A stretch of DNA of 63,819 bases, the filler included, from Lama guanicoe (taxonomy: Eukaryota): NCBI GenBank assembly GCA_013239625.1. It is 99 parts of 99 records of this genome, joined end to end, with 100 filler letters (N's around TTAATTAATTAA, not from the genome) between each part and the next. Parts side by side here need not be neighbours in the genome. Positions count along the whole stretch, not along the records: positions 36,455 to 36,699 come from PNXV01028095.1; positions 36,800 to 37,277 come from PNXV01028098.1; positions 37,378 to 37,925 come from PNXV01028099.1; positions 38,026 to 38,290 come from PNXV01028100.1; positions 38,391 to 38,858 come from PNXV01028102.1; positions 38,959 to 39,415 come from PNXV01028104.1; positions 39,516 to 39,994 come from PNXV01028105.1; positions 40,095 to 40,660 come from PNXV01028106.1; 91 more parts are not named here. One strand, 5' to 3'. The notes beneath the pieces are model-generated. The model saw nothing but the letters and a program-made list of their open reading frames with translations, did no database searches and was not told the DNA's origin. Within the stretch, counting starts at the first letter, position 1, and every line of letters starts with the position of its first letter. The position numbers and the translations under genes are program-made. Positions 36,634 to 48,994 of this stretch are shown here, one piece after another.

Positions 36634-36799
36634 CATTCCTTTTTAGGTAAAGAAAGGTAGTATTGCTCTTCCTGGTCAAAGAAACCAGGAAAGAACTGAN
36701 NNNNNNNNNNNNNNNNNNNNNNNNNNNNNNNNNNNNNNNNNNNTTAATTAATTAANNNNNNNNNNNNNNNNNNNNNNNNNNNNNNNNNNNNNNNNNNNN

Positions 36800-37277
36800 G
36801 TTGCTGTCTACCTTCCTCAACATCACTTGCTGAAGACTGTCTTTTATGTATTGTATATTTTTGTTATGTTTGTCATAGTTTAATTGACCATAGGTGTGAT
36901 ATTTTATTACTGCCTCTGTGCTCTGTTCCAGGATATAGATGTTTTTTGTTTTCCAGCATTGTCCTGTTTTGATTTCTGTTTTTGTAATATATTCTGAGTT
37001 CTGAGAGGGATATGGTTTATGCCTCCAAAATTGTTCTTTTTCCTCATTGTTTCTTTTGCAGTTCTGGTTCTTTTGCAGTTCCATACAAATCTGAGGACTG
37101 TTTTAAGTTCTGTGGAAAATATCATTTAGTTCGATCTGAATCACTTTATATCTGTAGACATCATTTGTAGTATGGATATTTTTGCAATATTAATTCCTCT
37201 AAAGTAAGAACTTGAGATTTCTTTCCATTTTTTTTGCATCATGTTCAAATTTCTTTATCAGTGCCCTATTAATTTTA
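36800..37277 (-). mobile_element. L1 ORF2 fragment
   Basis: Minus translation FSTELKTVLRFVWNCKRTRTAKETMRKKNNFGGI and HTYGQLNYDK resemble L1 ORF2p. Confidence 0.88.
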
Positions 37278-37377
37278 NNNNNNNNNNNNNNNNNNNNNNN
37301 NNNNNNNNNNNNNNNNNNNNNTTAATTAATTAANNNNNNNNNNNNNNNNNNNNNNNNNNNNNNNNNNNNNNNNNNNN

Positions 37378-37925
37378 TGAAAATACTCCATCATCTGAGG
37401 GCACCAATCATACTCTGCTGATGCATGCCCAGAGTGCAAATACACCATCATCGTAGAGCATCAATCATACTCTGCTGATGTACGCCCACAGTGAAAATAC
37501 TTCATCATCTGAGGGCACCAACCATACTGTGGTGATGCACGCCCACAGTGAAAATACTTCATCATCTGAGGGCACCAATCATACCGTGCTAATGCATGCC
37601 AACAGGCCAACTACTCCATCATCTGAGGGCAGCAATGACTCTGTGATCATACACGCCCAGAGTGCAAATACGCCATCTTCTAGGGCAGCAATCATACTGT
37701 GCTGATGCAAGCCACAGTGAAAATACTTCATCATGTGAGGGCAACAAGCATACTGTGCTGATGCACGCCCACAGTGCAGATATTTCATCATCTGACCGCA
37801 CCAAGCACTGTCCTCCTGCATGCGCACAGTGGAAATACTCCAATCTGAGGGCACCAATTATAGTGTGGTGATGCAAGCCCACAGTGAAAATACTACATCA
37901 TCTGAGGGCACCAATCATACTGTGC
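37378..37925. repeat. 57-bp minisatellite (~9.6 copies)
   Basis: Units start at 37378, 37435, 37492 and 37549. Consensus TGAAAATACTTCATCATCTGAGGGCACCAATCATACTGTGCTGATGCACGCCCACAG. Confidence 0.95.
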
Positions 37926-38624
37926 NNNNNNNNNNNNNNNNNNNNNNNNNNNNNNNNNNNNNNNNNNNNTTAATTAATTAANNNNNNNNNNNNNNNNNNN
38001 NNNNNNNNNNNNNNNNNNNNNNNNNGGCATGGACACATTTATACATTGGAGAATTTGGACCTGAAAGGTTAGACGAGAGGAAGGTCTAAGTATGAGGGGG
38101 CTGTATCAGTCTTGTATTAGCCAAGGAATTTGATGACAGATCCAACAGTTGATTAAATATAGCTACCTCCAGTAGCTATACTTGTAACAACTTTACTAAA
38201 GAATTTTCCTTCCATCTTAAGCATTGGGGCAAAAGTATAGGTAGAAGTAAAACAGTAACTTTCCATTTTGGCAGAGAGATAGACATTTGGNNNNNNNNNN
38301 NNNNNNNNNNNNNNNNNNNNNNNNNNNNNNNNNNTTAATTAATTAANNNNNNNNNNNNNNNNNNNNNNNNNNNNNNNNNNNNNNNNNNNNCCAGATGACA
38401 TAAAGATAGTCTCCTGCTGAAACCTCACTCTGTCCTGAGAGCAGATGTTGTCCTCCTTCCTGCATGTCCGCAGCCTAGGTTGTGGCACTGCGTGCACATG
38501 GATCCCGATGCTAGACCATCTTTGTCTGCACCCAGTTGCCCGACATTCCTCCCTGATACTGCTCCACTCTGCCGTGGCCACTGGGCTGATCTTATTCTTG
38601 GTGGTGATTGCACAGGTTGTGGCA

Positions 38625-38858
38625 TGGTGGTTAGGGAGGGCTTCCTGGAGGAGGTGGCACGTAAGTAAGAGTCTAAAGGTCTAGTAGGAGATAGATCAGT
38701 GAAGGGCACTGCGGGGAGGAGGATAGGAAGTGTGTCCCAGGCAGAAGGCAAAACATGCTGGAAGGCCTGGGGGCAATGCAGAGGAGAAAGGGCATATGGT
38801 TGGATTGTGGGCAATGGCCATGGGTGTGGCTGGAGCTATGGGCCAGGCAGGCCTTAGA
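38625..38858 (-). mobile_element. L2 fragment
   Basis: GGTTAGGGAGGGCTTCCTGGAGGAGGTGGCA..CCAGGCAGAAGGCAAAACATGCTGGAAGGCCTGG. Confidence 0.7.
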
Positions 38859-38958
38859 NNNNNNNNNNNNNNNNNNNNNNNNNNNNNNNNNNNNNNNNNN
38901 NNTTAATTAATTAANNNNNNNNNNNNNNNNNNNNNNNNNNNNNNNNNNNNNNNNNNNN

Positions 38959-39415
38959 TAAGTGTGTGTGAAAGCCGTCCTTCACCTAACTTGAAGGGAA
39001 CACAAAAATTCTTTTCAGTTGAAAACTGCACTATATTCATATATATGGGGAGGTACAAGCTCCAACTCGGTATTACGGTGAAAAGGGTAGGCGCTTCAAA
39101 CCGGCACTAGGAAACAGACTTAGAAACTAAAGTGTTACCCCTGAAACCCGTTCCCTTTGTGCTGGATGAACGAACGTCTCTGCACATGCTCAGTTCTGAG
39201 AGATAAGTGTGTGTGAAAGCCGTCTTTCACCTAGCTTGAAGGGAACACAAAGTTTCTTTTCATTTGCAAACTCCACTCCATACATATATATGGGGCGGTA
39301 CAAGCTCCAACTCGGTATTACGGTGAAAAGGGTAGGCGCTTCAAACCGGCACTAGGAAACAGACTTAGAAACTAAAGTGTTACCCCTGAAACCCGTTCCC
39401 TTTGTGCTGGATGAA
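38959..39415. repeat. 249-bp satellite (245-bp variant)
   Basis: AAGTGTGTGTGAAAGCCGTC at 38960 and 39205. Confidence 0.95.
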
Positions 39416-39515
39416 NNNNNNNNNNNNNNNNNNNNNNNNNNNNNNNNNNNNNNNNNNNNTTAATTAATTAANNNNNNNNNNNNNNNNNNNNNNNNNNNNN
39501 NNNNNNNNNNNNNNN

Positions 39516-39994
39516 AAGAGAAAGAAAGAAGAAAAGAAAATAAAAGAAAGAAAAGAGAGAAAGAGAACAAAGGGAAAAAAAAGAAAGGAGAGAGAGAAAG
39601 ACAAGAAAGGGAAACAAAGAAAGAAAGACAGAAAGGAAACAAAGGGAAAGAAAGAAAGAAAGAAAGAACGGAAGGAAGGAAGGAAGGAAAAGAAAAGAGA
39701 AAAGAAAAGAAAGAAAAGAGAGAAAGGAAAGAAAGAAAGGAAAGAAGGAAAGGAAGGAAGGAAAGCAAGTAAGCAAGCACTCTCTTACCCTCCTAATCTC
39801 CTACTCTCCTAGAAAAAAGGAAAGAAAGAAAGACAGAAAGAAACACAAAAACAAAGAATAAAAGAAAGACAAAGACAGACAGACAGACAGACAGACAGAA
39901 AGAAAGAAAGAGCAAAGAAAGCAAGCAGGCACTCTCCTACTCTCCTACTCTCCTTCAGAAAGAAAGACAGAGAGAGGAATAATGAAAGAATGAA
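39516..39994. repeat. Complex purine-rich microsatellite (AAAG/AAGG/AGAC)n
   Basis: Seen directly; two CTCCTA-repeat islands at ~39779 and ~39930. Confidence 0.92.
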
Positions 39995-40149
39995 NNNNNN
40001 NNNNNNNNNNNNNNNNNNNNNNNNNNNNNNNNNNNNNNTTAATTAATTAANNNNNNNNNNNNNNNNNNNNNNNNNNNNNNNNNNNNNNNNNNNNCAGTTA
40101 CTAAATATTCCAAAAAGGTTACAGGGTATTCCAATTAATAAGATACCAC

Positions 40150-40426
40150 AGTGCAAACAACCAACCAAGAACCTACTTTCAGTTTTTGGCAACCTAGATT
40201 AAAACTTTGCATAACTTTTGCCTCTTCATAATGATCATGTATATTCTTTTGTGAATACGCATGGCCCCCAGGCTTAAACTCCCCACCCAGCTGTTCAAGG
40301 AGACAGTGTTTTGAAAGTTATGTCCCCCTCTTGCTACAAGTAATAAATTCTTCTGCTTTAATCAAAAGCATTTTTGTATTCATTGGCTATGCACCACAAG
40401 TGACAAACCCATTGCATCTGGTAACA
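40150..40426 (+). mobile_element. ERV LTR 3' portion
   Basis: AATAAA near 40342, ATTGGCT, and a U5-like end AACCCATTGCATCTGGTAACA. Confidence 0.55.
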
Positions 40427-40760
40427 ACAGGAACTTTAGATGAAAAGTGCCTAAGAGTTCTCCCTCCTACCCTTCCTTGCTACTCGAATGTGACCTCAGT
40501 AGGTTTCTAATCTGTGCACATTCCCTCTGACATGAAACCCTACACCAAGTAAGGAAAAGTTTTTCCTGGAAGTGAGGAACAAAGCTGCTGAAACTAGAAC
40601 TTCTGACTCTAGATCAACAGTGCTTTCAGAGAAAGATGTTGATCAAAGGGTGGAACTATANNNNNNNNNNNNNNNNNNNNNNNNNNNNNNNNNNNNNNNN
40701 NNNNTTAATTAATTAANNNNNNNNNNNNNNNNNNNNNNNNNNNNNNNNNNNNNNNNNNNN

Positions 40761-40825
40761 TGACACAACATTGTAAAATGATTACAAATCAATAAAAAAA
40801 AGTTAAAAACTAAAAAATTAAAAAA
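40761..40825 (+). mobile_element. L1 3' terminus and A-tail
   Basis: TGACACAACATTGTAAAATGATTACAAATCAATAAAAAAAG, as at 11242-11292. Confidence 0.8.
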
Positions 40826-41314
40826 TGAAATGTTTTAAGCAGTCTCTCTAATATAAAATAATAATTTTATCCTAAGACAGGTATTCAAAGTGAAGCATCT
40901 CTCCTTAAGGCACCATTCCTTACTAATGTTACTAGATCTGAGAAACAGATTGTAAAACAAGTTGATGTTTGTCTAAGATCCAGCCTCCTTTCCTCACATT
41001 GTGCCCTGCTAAAAGCCTCTACTTTTCTAGCACATTTTATTATAAAAACAGGTGGCTAAGGGAAAAAAGCCACTGAGTGGTGGGTCTTCCAGGAAAGCTT
41101 TATCAAGCATGTTTACTGAGTTGATAAGTTTGTACATTTGAGCTTTATGAAATACTCTCTTTCCTTCTTTGGAAACTAGACATCATGGCAGCTAAACCAT
41201 CTTGTGGATGGGATNNNNNNNNNNNNNNNNNNNNNNNNNNNNNNNNNNNNNNNNNNNNTTAATTAATTAANNNNNNNNNNNNNNNNNNNNNNNNNNNNNN
41301 NNNNNNNNNNNNNN

Positions 41315-42119
41315 TTTTGTTGAGGATTTTTGCATCTATGTTCATCAGTGATATTGGTCTATACTTTTCTTTTTTGGTAGTGTATTTGTCTGGCTTTGAT
41401 ATCGGGGTGGTGGTGGCTTCATAGAATGAGTTTGGGAGTATTCCTTCCTCTTCAATCTTTTGTAAGAGTTTGAGAAGGATTGGTATGAATTCTTCTTTGT
41501 ATGTTAGATAGAATTCCCTGGTGAAGCCCCCATCTAGTCCTGGACTTTTGTTTGCAGGGAGGTTTTTTTATTGCTAATTCTATTTTCACTTCTAGTGATT
41601 GGTCTGTCCAAATGATCTGTTTCTTCTTGATTCAGTTTTGGTGGACTGTATGCTTCTAGAAACTTGTTCATTTCTTCTTAGTTGTCCAATTTATTGCCAT
41701 ATACTTGTTCATAGAATTCGCTTAGGATTTTTTGTACTTCTGTGGTGTTGGTTGTAATTTCTCCATTTTTATTTTATTTATTTTCTTCTTGGTGAGGCTG
41801 GTCAGAGGTTTGTCAATTTTGTTTACTCTTCAAAAAAGACACCTCTTGGTTTGATTGTTTCTTCTATTATTTTAACCTCTATTTTATTTATTTCCTCCCT
41901 GATCTTTATTATTTCTTTCCTTCTCCTGATTTTAGACTTTGTTTTTTGTTGTTGTTGTTGGTTTTTTTTTTTTTTACTTCTTTTAGGTGGTAGGGCAGGT
42001 TGTTTATTTGAGATTGTTCTTCTTTTTTGAAGCATGTTTGTATCCCTGTGAACTTCCCTTTAGGACTTCCTTTGCTGCATCCCATAGATTTGGTATGGTG
42101 GTTTTGTCATTGTCATCTG
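41315..42119 (-). mobile_element. L1 ORF2 fragment
   Basis: TTGAGGATTTTTGCATCTATGTTCATCAG; minus translation KIRRRKEIIKIREEINKIE. Confidence 0.95.
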
Positions 42120-42219
42120 NNNNNNNNNNNNNNNNNNNNNNNNNNNNNNNNNNNNNNNNNNNNTTAATTAATTAANNNNNNNNNNNNNNNNNNNNNNNNN
42201 NNNNNNNNNNNNNNNNNNN

Positions 42220-42929
42220 TGTGGAGAGACGTTCGTTCATCCAGCACAAATGGAACGGGTTGCAGTTGCAAACTCAACTCCAGAAATATATATGTTTACT
42301 AATAAGCTCCAACTCGGTTTTACAGTGCAAACCGCTGGAACTTCAAACCGGCACTAGGAATTAGACTGAGAAACCAGAGTAAGTGTTTCTCCTGCAACCC
42401 GTTCCTTTTGGGCTGGTTGAACGAACTTCTTTCCACTTGCTCAGTTCTGTAAGATAAGTGTGTGTGAAAGCCGTCCTTCACCTAGCTTGAAGGGAACACA
42501 AAGATTTTTTTAATTTGCAATCACCACTGCATACATATATATGAAGAGGTACAAGCTCCAACACGGTTTTACAGTTCAAACCGCAGGAACTTTAAACCTG
42601 CACCGGGAAACAGACTGAGAAACCAGAGTAAGAGTTTCTCCTGCAACCCGTTCCTTTTGGGCTGGTTGAACGAACTTCTTTCCACTTGCTCAGTTCTGTA
42701 AGATAAGTGTGTGTGAAAGCCGTCCTTCACCTAGCTTGAAGGGAACACAAAGAATCTTTTAATTTGGAATCACCACTCCATACATATATATGGGGAAGAA
42801 TAAGCACCAACTCGGGTTTACAGTGAAAAAGGTAGGCACTTCAATCCAGCACAAGGAAACAGACTGACAAACCAGAGTATTTGTCTTTCATGCAAACCGT
42901 TCCCTTTGTACTGGATGAACGAACGTCTC
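42220..42929. repeat. 249-bp satellite (~2.9 monomers)
   Basis: AAGC(T/A)CCAAC at 42304, 42553 and 42802. Confidence 0.95.
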
Positions 42930-43699
42930 NNNNNNNNNNNNNNNNNNNNNNNNNNNNNNNNNNNNNNNNNNNNTTAATTAATTAANNNNNNNNNNNNNNN
43001 NNNNNNNNNNNNNNNNNNNNNNNNNNNNNTATGCAGAGCTGCCTGCCACACTGCTGAGGGTGGGGACGGGAGCTACTACTTTGCAAAGAGCTGACAATGA
43101 CTGATATTAATGCAATTTACCTGCCTGGGCTTTTCCCTGGAATTTGCAAGCCCTCAACAGACTCTAGAGTTCCAAAATAGTGACATCAGGCATATTCTGA
43201 CATTGCAATTACTGTCTAGTTATGGAGACAGATTTTTAGTGCTTCCAAAACTACCACCTCCCAAAGTCCCCTCCTGAAACACTATAATATTCAGAAAATG
43301 ATTGAGCCTTGACAAAAGTCAACTGGAATCATGTACAAGCAGTTTTGCTGACTGTTTTTTAATTGATCAATGAAAAATGATTTAAAATATTAAATCATCC
43401 TCTCCATGGTTATACAGAGAGAACCTACTGGTCACTTTGAGGGGCACCAACAGTTCAAGTCATAGACTCTCTTCAAAAAAAGTTGTAGCCTATTCAGAAA
43501 CACAGTATATGCTAATGCAATATATTAAAGTAAAATTGTAAGTAAGAAGTGACAAAAACATAGAACTATTTAGGATCATTACAATGAGAGTCCAGAAGGA
43601 GGAGAGAGTTCTGTGAATTTAAACCATCAGAGAAGATTTCATCAAGAAGTGTTCAGAGCTATTTATTCCTAGAAAGATATTCTGATCTAAAGAATGTAA

Positions 43700-43910
43700 T
43701 AAGAGCTAAAACTCACCTAGCACTCACTATGTCAGATGCTAACTCATCTAATTCTCAAAACAACCCATGACGTGTATACTATTATCCTTTTTATATAGAT
43801 GAGGAAACTGAGCAAGAGAAACATTAAGAGACTTGCCTAAGCTCAAATAACAAGTCAGTCTTAGAGCCGGGATTTAAATGCAGACAGGCAAGTTCTAGAG
43901 CCTGGTTTCT
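43700..43910 (-). mobile_element. MIR SINE
   Basis: ACTATTATCCTTTTTATATAGATGAGGAAACTGAG..GACTTGCCTAAG..GAGCCGGGATTTAAA MIR core. Confidence 0.85.
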
Positions 43911-44072
43911 CTTCTCAATAAGGACTGAGCAGAGTGGTGTGAGCAAAAGCATAGAAGTGAATGTGTGATGCANNNNNNNNNNNNNNNNNNNNNNNNNNNN
44001 NNNNNNNNNNNNNNNNTTAATTAATTAANNNNNNNNNNNNNNNNNNNNNNNNNNNNNNNNNNNNNNNNNNNN

Positions 44073-44214
44073 TTTATTTTACATTCTTTTTTTCATACTA
44101 GGTCTTTGAAATCCAGCGTGTATTTTAAACTTACAGCACATCTCCATTTGGACCAGCCACATGTCCAGTGCTCTTATATGAGCAGAAGCACCATACCAAA
44201 CAGCACAGATCTAG
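44073..44214. mobile_element. MER33 (hAT-Charlie)
   Basis: TTTTACATTCTTTTTTTCATACTAGGTCTTTGAAATCCAGCGTGTATTTT..ACAGCACATCTC..GGACCAGCCACAT. Confidence 0.8.
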
Positions 44215-46555
44215 AACTCTCTTCTGTCTCCTTACCTTTCCTTCTCCCATCCCTTCACCTCCTTCCTTCCTCCTTTCCTTCTATCCATCCTTCTCTCTCT
44301 TTGTTTCTCTCTCTCCTTCTTTCTTTCTCTCTCTTTCTTCCATTGAAAAACAGGTCACTCTTTGGAAATTGAGATGCATACGTCTCCCTGCCTACAGCAT
44401 TCACCTAGGCAGTGAATCCTGGGAAACCTTATTTTTCGGAATTCTCCGCTGTCCAGTGGCTGTTCCCTCTTGAGTGCTGCAGCAGACACCTTTTTTAGGC
44501 TCCTGGCAGCCCTCTCATTAGATGCTCCTGGACTCATCCAGCCCCCACGCACTCCCCCTCCAAGGCTGTAGGGAGGGTGAGCCGGCTCTCTCCATGGGGA
44601 CGGGAGAGATGGCGGCAGGCTTACACAGGCCCTTTTTCTGGCAGAGCCTTCAGTATTTAGTAAGGTTTCCCAGGTCTTGTTCGTGACTGGCGTGGCACTT
44701 TGCCTTGGAAGCTGGCTGGTGGCCAGCTGAAGTCCCTGCACCATCTCTGGGCCTGAGGGAAACTATGAGCCCCAATGTAGGGGTCTTATGGAATTAATGA
44801 CAGAGACTGTCGCATGTCCGTTAGCAATCCTGGAAAACTGCTCTGGGAAATAAGCNNNNNNNNNNNNNNNNNNNNNNNNNNNNNNNNNNNNNNNNNNNNT
44901 TAATTAATTAANNNNNNNNNNNNNNNNNNNNNNNNNNNNNNNNNNNNNNNNNNNNATCTTAGAGGGTAGGAGACACAGCACAAAACAGGGGAGTTGTAGA
45001 GGCTTCCATGGCAGAAACATTGCAAGAGAGTAGGATAGAAAAGTTGAAGAGGAAGTGAGTCGTCTCAGTTCTATCATCACTGCTTTCCTTCATGGAACAA
45101 CGTACATCCTTGTGTTCACCACATACCTCTGAAAAGAAGCACAAATTATCTTTAATGCACACATGTTAAACCTTGTAAACATGTAATTAGGAAAAACACC
45201 ATCATCGCATGGCTCTTCAATGATATTAAAATCTTTTAGACTGCACACACTCAAAGATAGTACAATGGNNNNNNNNNNNNNNNNNNNNNNNNNNNNNNNN
45301 NNNNNNNNNNNNTTAATTAATTAANNNNNNNNNNNNNNNNNNNNNNNNNNNNNNNNNNNNNNNNNNNNCCAGACCTGCAGTCTCCACAGCACAAGCCAAA
45401 GTCACCTGAAGACATTTGTCAAGAACTTTCTACGTAAGTGGCACTCTTGTAGATAGTACAGGAGATACAAAGGTAACAAAAATATCATCCCTGAGTTTAA
45501 GGTACAAGTTGGGGATTCCAAATTCAAAATATACTTTAAAACCAAGTTCTAACATCAAAGCACTAGAATGTCAATTTTAGTTGCATTACCTATGTTTAAT
45601 TTGTGATAAGGAAATCTTAAGACTGAAATATCTATAACTAGGTGGGATTAGTCTGAGAAAACTTCTTTAAGAATGTAAATTTTAAGTTGTAATTTAAAAC
45701 CATCATGCTACGGTTTCACAATAATTACAGCTAATTATTTGATGTTAGATATGTTTATACCTATTTCTGAAAAAAGAAACATGTNNNNNNNNNNNNNNNN
45801 NNNNNNNNNNNNNNNNNNNNNNNNNNNNTTAATTAATTAANNNNNNNNNNNNNNNNNNNNNNNNNNNNNNNNNNNNNNNNNNNNGGAGCGGTGCTTAAGC
45901 GATTTTAGCGATGCAGGTGTGCGTGTGTAACGATGCCCCCTTAGAACTCTTCTCAGACGTTATCTAGTGTGGATGTAACGCAGCAGAATTCCGTAGGTGG
46001 AACGCAGACTTTGTCTTTCTCTTTTTTCAATTTAAATTTTATGGTCAAATTATCTTTTTTGTGGCATTGTTCAGAAGAGTATTGAGTTTATGCAGCTATG
46101 TACAGTTTCACGGATATTATAATTTCTGTTCTGTATAAAATTCCTGCTTTCTCTACTGGATTTCCTTTTCCAAATAGGATTGGAGAGGGCTGCAGTTGGA
46201 AAATGATACTCTAAGGATGTAACTAAAATCAATTTCATCTGAGAAATGTTTATTTTTTTAAGTTACATATAGTAAATCATCACGCATATTAATTCACTTA
46301 ATCTGCTTGTCTTCCTGGAGTTAAGAAATGTCTCACGATCTTTACAAAGAAAGTAAAAAACAAAAACAAAAACAAAAACCAGAGGGATTAAATACCCATA
46401 GGGAATATTATCTAAATTGACTGTCTATTCTTACCAGGTTTCAGCCAATAAATTTNNNNNNNNNNNNNNNNNNNNNNNNNNNNNNNNNNNNNNNNNNNNT
46501 TAATTAATTAANNNNNNNNNNNNNNNNNNNNNNNNNNNNNNNNNNNNNNNNNNNN

Positions 46556-47042
46556 CGCGCTGCCGACCGTTGGTGGAACTTCCCCACGCTCAGGATTCCT
46601 GAACTAATGTCAGTGCGTGGGGGAGCTTGTGAGAAAACTTCACGCAGCTCTCTTCAGTCACAGGTGTTCCCTATTCGGGGAAGTCCGAGAAATAACTTCC
46701 CTGACCTTGGGGAGGCAGCCTCTGGCCCTGGGACTTCCTACAAAACCCCCTAGCATTCCCTGGCACAGAGGCATTAGGAAAACCCTCAGGGGAGACGAGG
46801 TTAGGCATTCCGTTAGAACACAAGCGCTGCCGACCGTTGGTGGAACTTCCCCACGCTCAGGATTCCTGAACTAATGTCAGTGCGTGGGGGAGCTCGAGAG
46901 AAAACTCCACGCAGCTCTCTTCAATCACAGGTGTTCCCTGTTTGGGGAAGTCCAAGAAATTCCTTTCCTGACCTTGCGGAGGCAGCCTCTGAGACTGGGA
47001 CTTCCTGCAAACTCCCCAAGCATTCCCTGGCACAGAGGCATT
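46556..47042. repeat. 267-bp satellite (same family as 26517..27050, opposite orientation)
   Basis: TGCCGACCGTTGGTGG at 46561 and 46828. Confidence 0.95.
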
Positions 47043-48266
47043 NNNNNNNNNNNNNNNNNNNNNNNNNNNNNNNNNNNNNNNNNNNNTTAATTAATTAANN
47101 NNNNNNNNNNNNNNNNNNNNNNNNNNNNNNNNNNNNNNNNNNGGGGGGGACACTGACAGTGGGGGGCGGGGCGAGGAGCAGGGCTGCTGCATGACTTCCA
47201 GCCTCCCTGCCCTTCACCCAGGTCAATGGGGTACTTTAGATCTTTTAAGTCTCTCAAATTAAAAAAAAAAAACAAAAACAAAACCTATATAAGTAAAACT
47301 GAGAAAGGATTACAGCTTCAATCTTCTTTTGTTACCCGGCTTATAATGGATTTATGCAGTGATTACCTAGGTAAAGGAATGGATAGAAAACATGGCTACT
47401 AAATGAATTTCAGAAAATGAAATCTATTTTGCTACTGAACTCTAAGTTGACATTAGAGGTAAGTCTGCAGAAAAAAGAAGTATTTCAGCTAAAATGATTT
47501 TAAAAGCTGATCTGAAAATTAAGTATAATTTTAACACCGCAAATAAAACAACTTCTGAGAGTTAATACTGTACATAATGTTTCAAAAGTAAAAATAGAGC
47601 CCTGCACACACACATGCTCTTAGAGCTGAAAGACACATCATAGCTTTTATTGCTTCTCAGGAAAATAATTGTGTAGGTTTGACTAAATAGCATCTGAGTA
47701 TTCTTCCTGCTCTGAAAAAGAAATGAATACAAATACAAATGATCATTTCGGTTGGTCAATCAAATCTCCACTCACACTGTCGAGGACAGTGAGTAGAATG
47801 CATTCCATTCATTTCCTGCTCTTNNNNNNNNNNNNNNNNNNNNNNNNNNNNNNNNNNNNNNNNNNNNTTAATTAATTAANNNNNNNNNNNNNNNNNNNNN
47901 NNNNNNNNNNNNNNNNNNNNNNNAACCTTGGTAGATTTTAGTCTCCTCCATAAGTGGTTCAGTATGAGAAAATAAAAAATAAATAAATAACACCCCACTT
48001 TCTGGGGTCCCCAAGTGAATTAACTTCCTTCATTAAGAGAAATATAGTGGCCTAAGTTTTCATCTGTAAAGATTTGCTTTGAACATTACTCATCATGAGC
48101 GTGAATAGTCCATCTTTGCTCAGACAAGAGTTATGTGACACTCTAAAGTCACGTGTATGACAGTATCAGGTGGGGGGGTGACCCCTGAGAGTAAGTGGAA
48201 CTGTCACGCACTGACGGACAGCATGCAAAATGGGAAACGGCATTTTGGAAAACATTTTTTCATTGT

Positions 48267-48894
48267 TGTGATGGTTAATTTTATGTGTCAACTTCACTGG
48301 GCTAAGGGATGGCCAGGTAGCTGGTAAAATATTTCTGCATGTGTCGAGAAGGTGATTCCACAAGAGGTTAGCATTAGCATTGGTGAGCTAGGTAAAGAGA
48401 CAGCCTTCCCCGGTGTGGCAGCCTTCCCTCTGCTGAAGGTCTGAATAACTCACAAAGGCAGAGGCAGGATAAATTCTCTCTTTCTATTTGAGCTGAGACA
48501 TCCATTCATTTTTTCTCTCATGCTTGGTCATCAGTGGTTTTGGTTCTCAGGCCTTTGGACCAAGGCTTACACCATCACCCGTATACCCCTCCACAAGCTC
48601 CACATCTCAGTTCTCAGGCCTTCGACTCAGATCAACTTGTACCATCAGTGTCCCTCGGTTCTCAGGGCTTCGAACCAGGACTGAATTACATCACCACTGG
48701 CTTTCCTGCTTTCTCCAGCTTACAGGTGGCGTATGTTGGAACTGATCCTCCATAATCACATAAGGCAATTCCTGTAATTAATATCTCTCTAGATAGCTAG
48801 CTGTAGATCTCTCTCTATATATACACACACACACACACATACACACTCATACTATAGAATATAGATATAGTGTATATCTATCTATCCTATAATA
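48267..48894 (+). mobile_element. MLT2 (ERV-L) LTR with internal (TA)/(CA) microsatellite
   Basis: Starts TGTGATGGTTAATTTTATGTGTCAACTT; also GGACTGAATTACATCACCACTGGCTTTCCTG..CTCCATAATCAC. Confidence 0.88.
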
Positions 48895-48994
48895 NNNNNN
48901 NNNNNNNNNNNNNNNNNNNNNNNNNNNNNNNNNNNNNNTTAATTAATTAANNNNNNNNNNNNNNNNNNNNNNNNNNNNNNNNNNNNNNNNNNNN

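Noticed and set aside
36399..36679. Poly-Glu and Arg/Trp-rich ORFs
   Set aside because: Simple trinucleotide repeat with no unique coding context.
44959..45162. Possible minus-strand exon after TTCTTTTCAG (EVCGEHKDVRCSMKES...)
   Set aside because: Protein not recognised and no clear downstream donor.
46807..46823. ATTCCGTTAGAACAC as a CENP-B-box-like motif
   Set aside because: It lacks the required TTCG and CGGG core positions.
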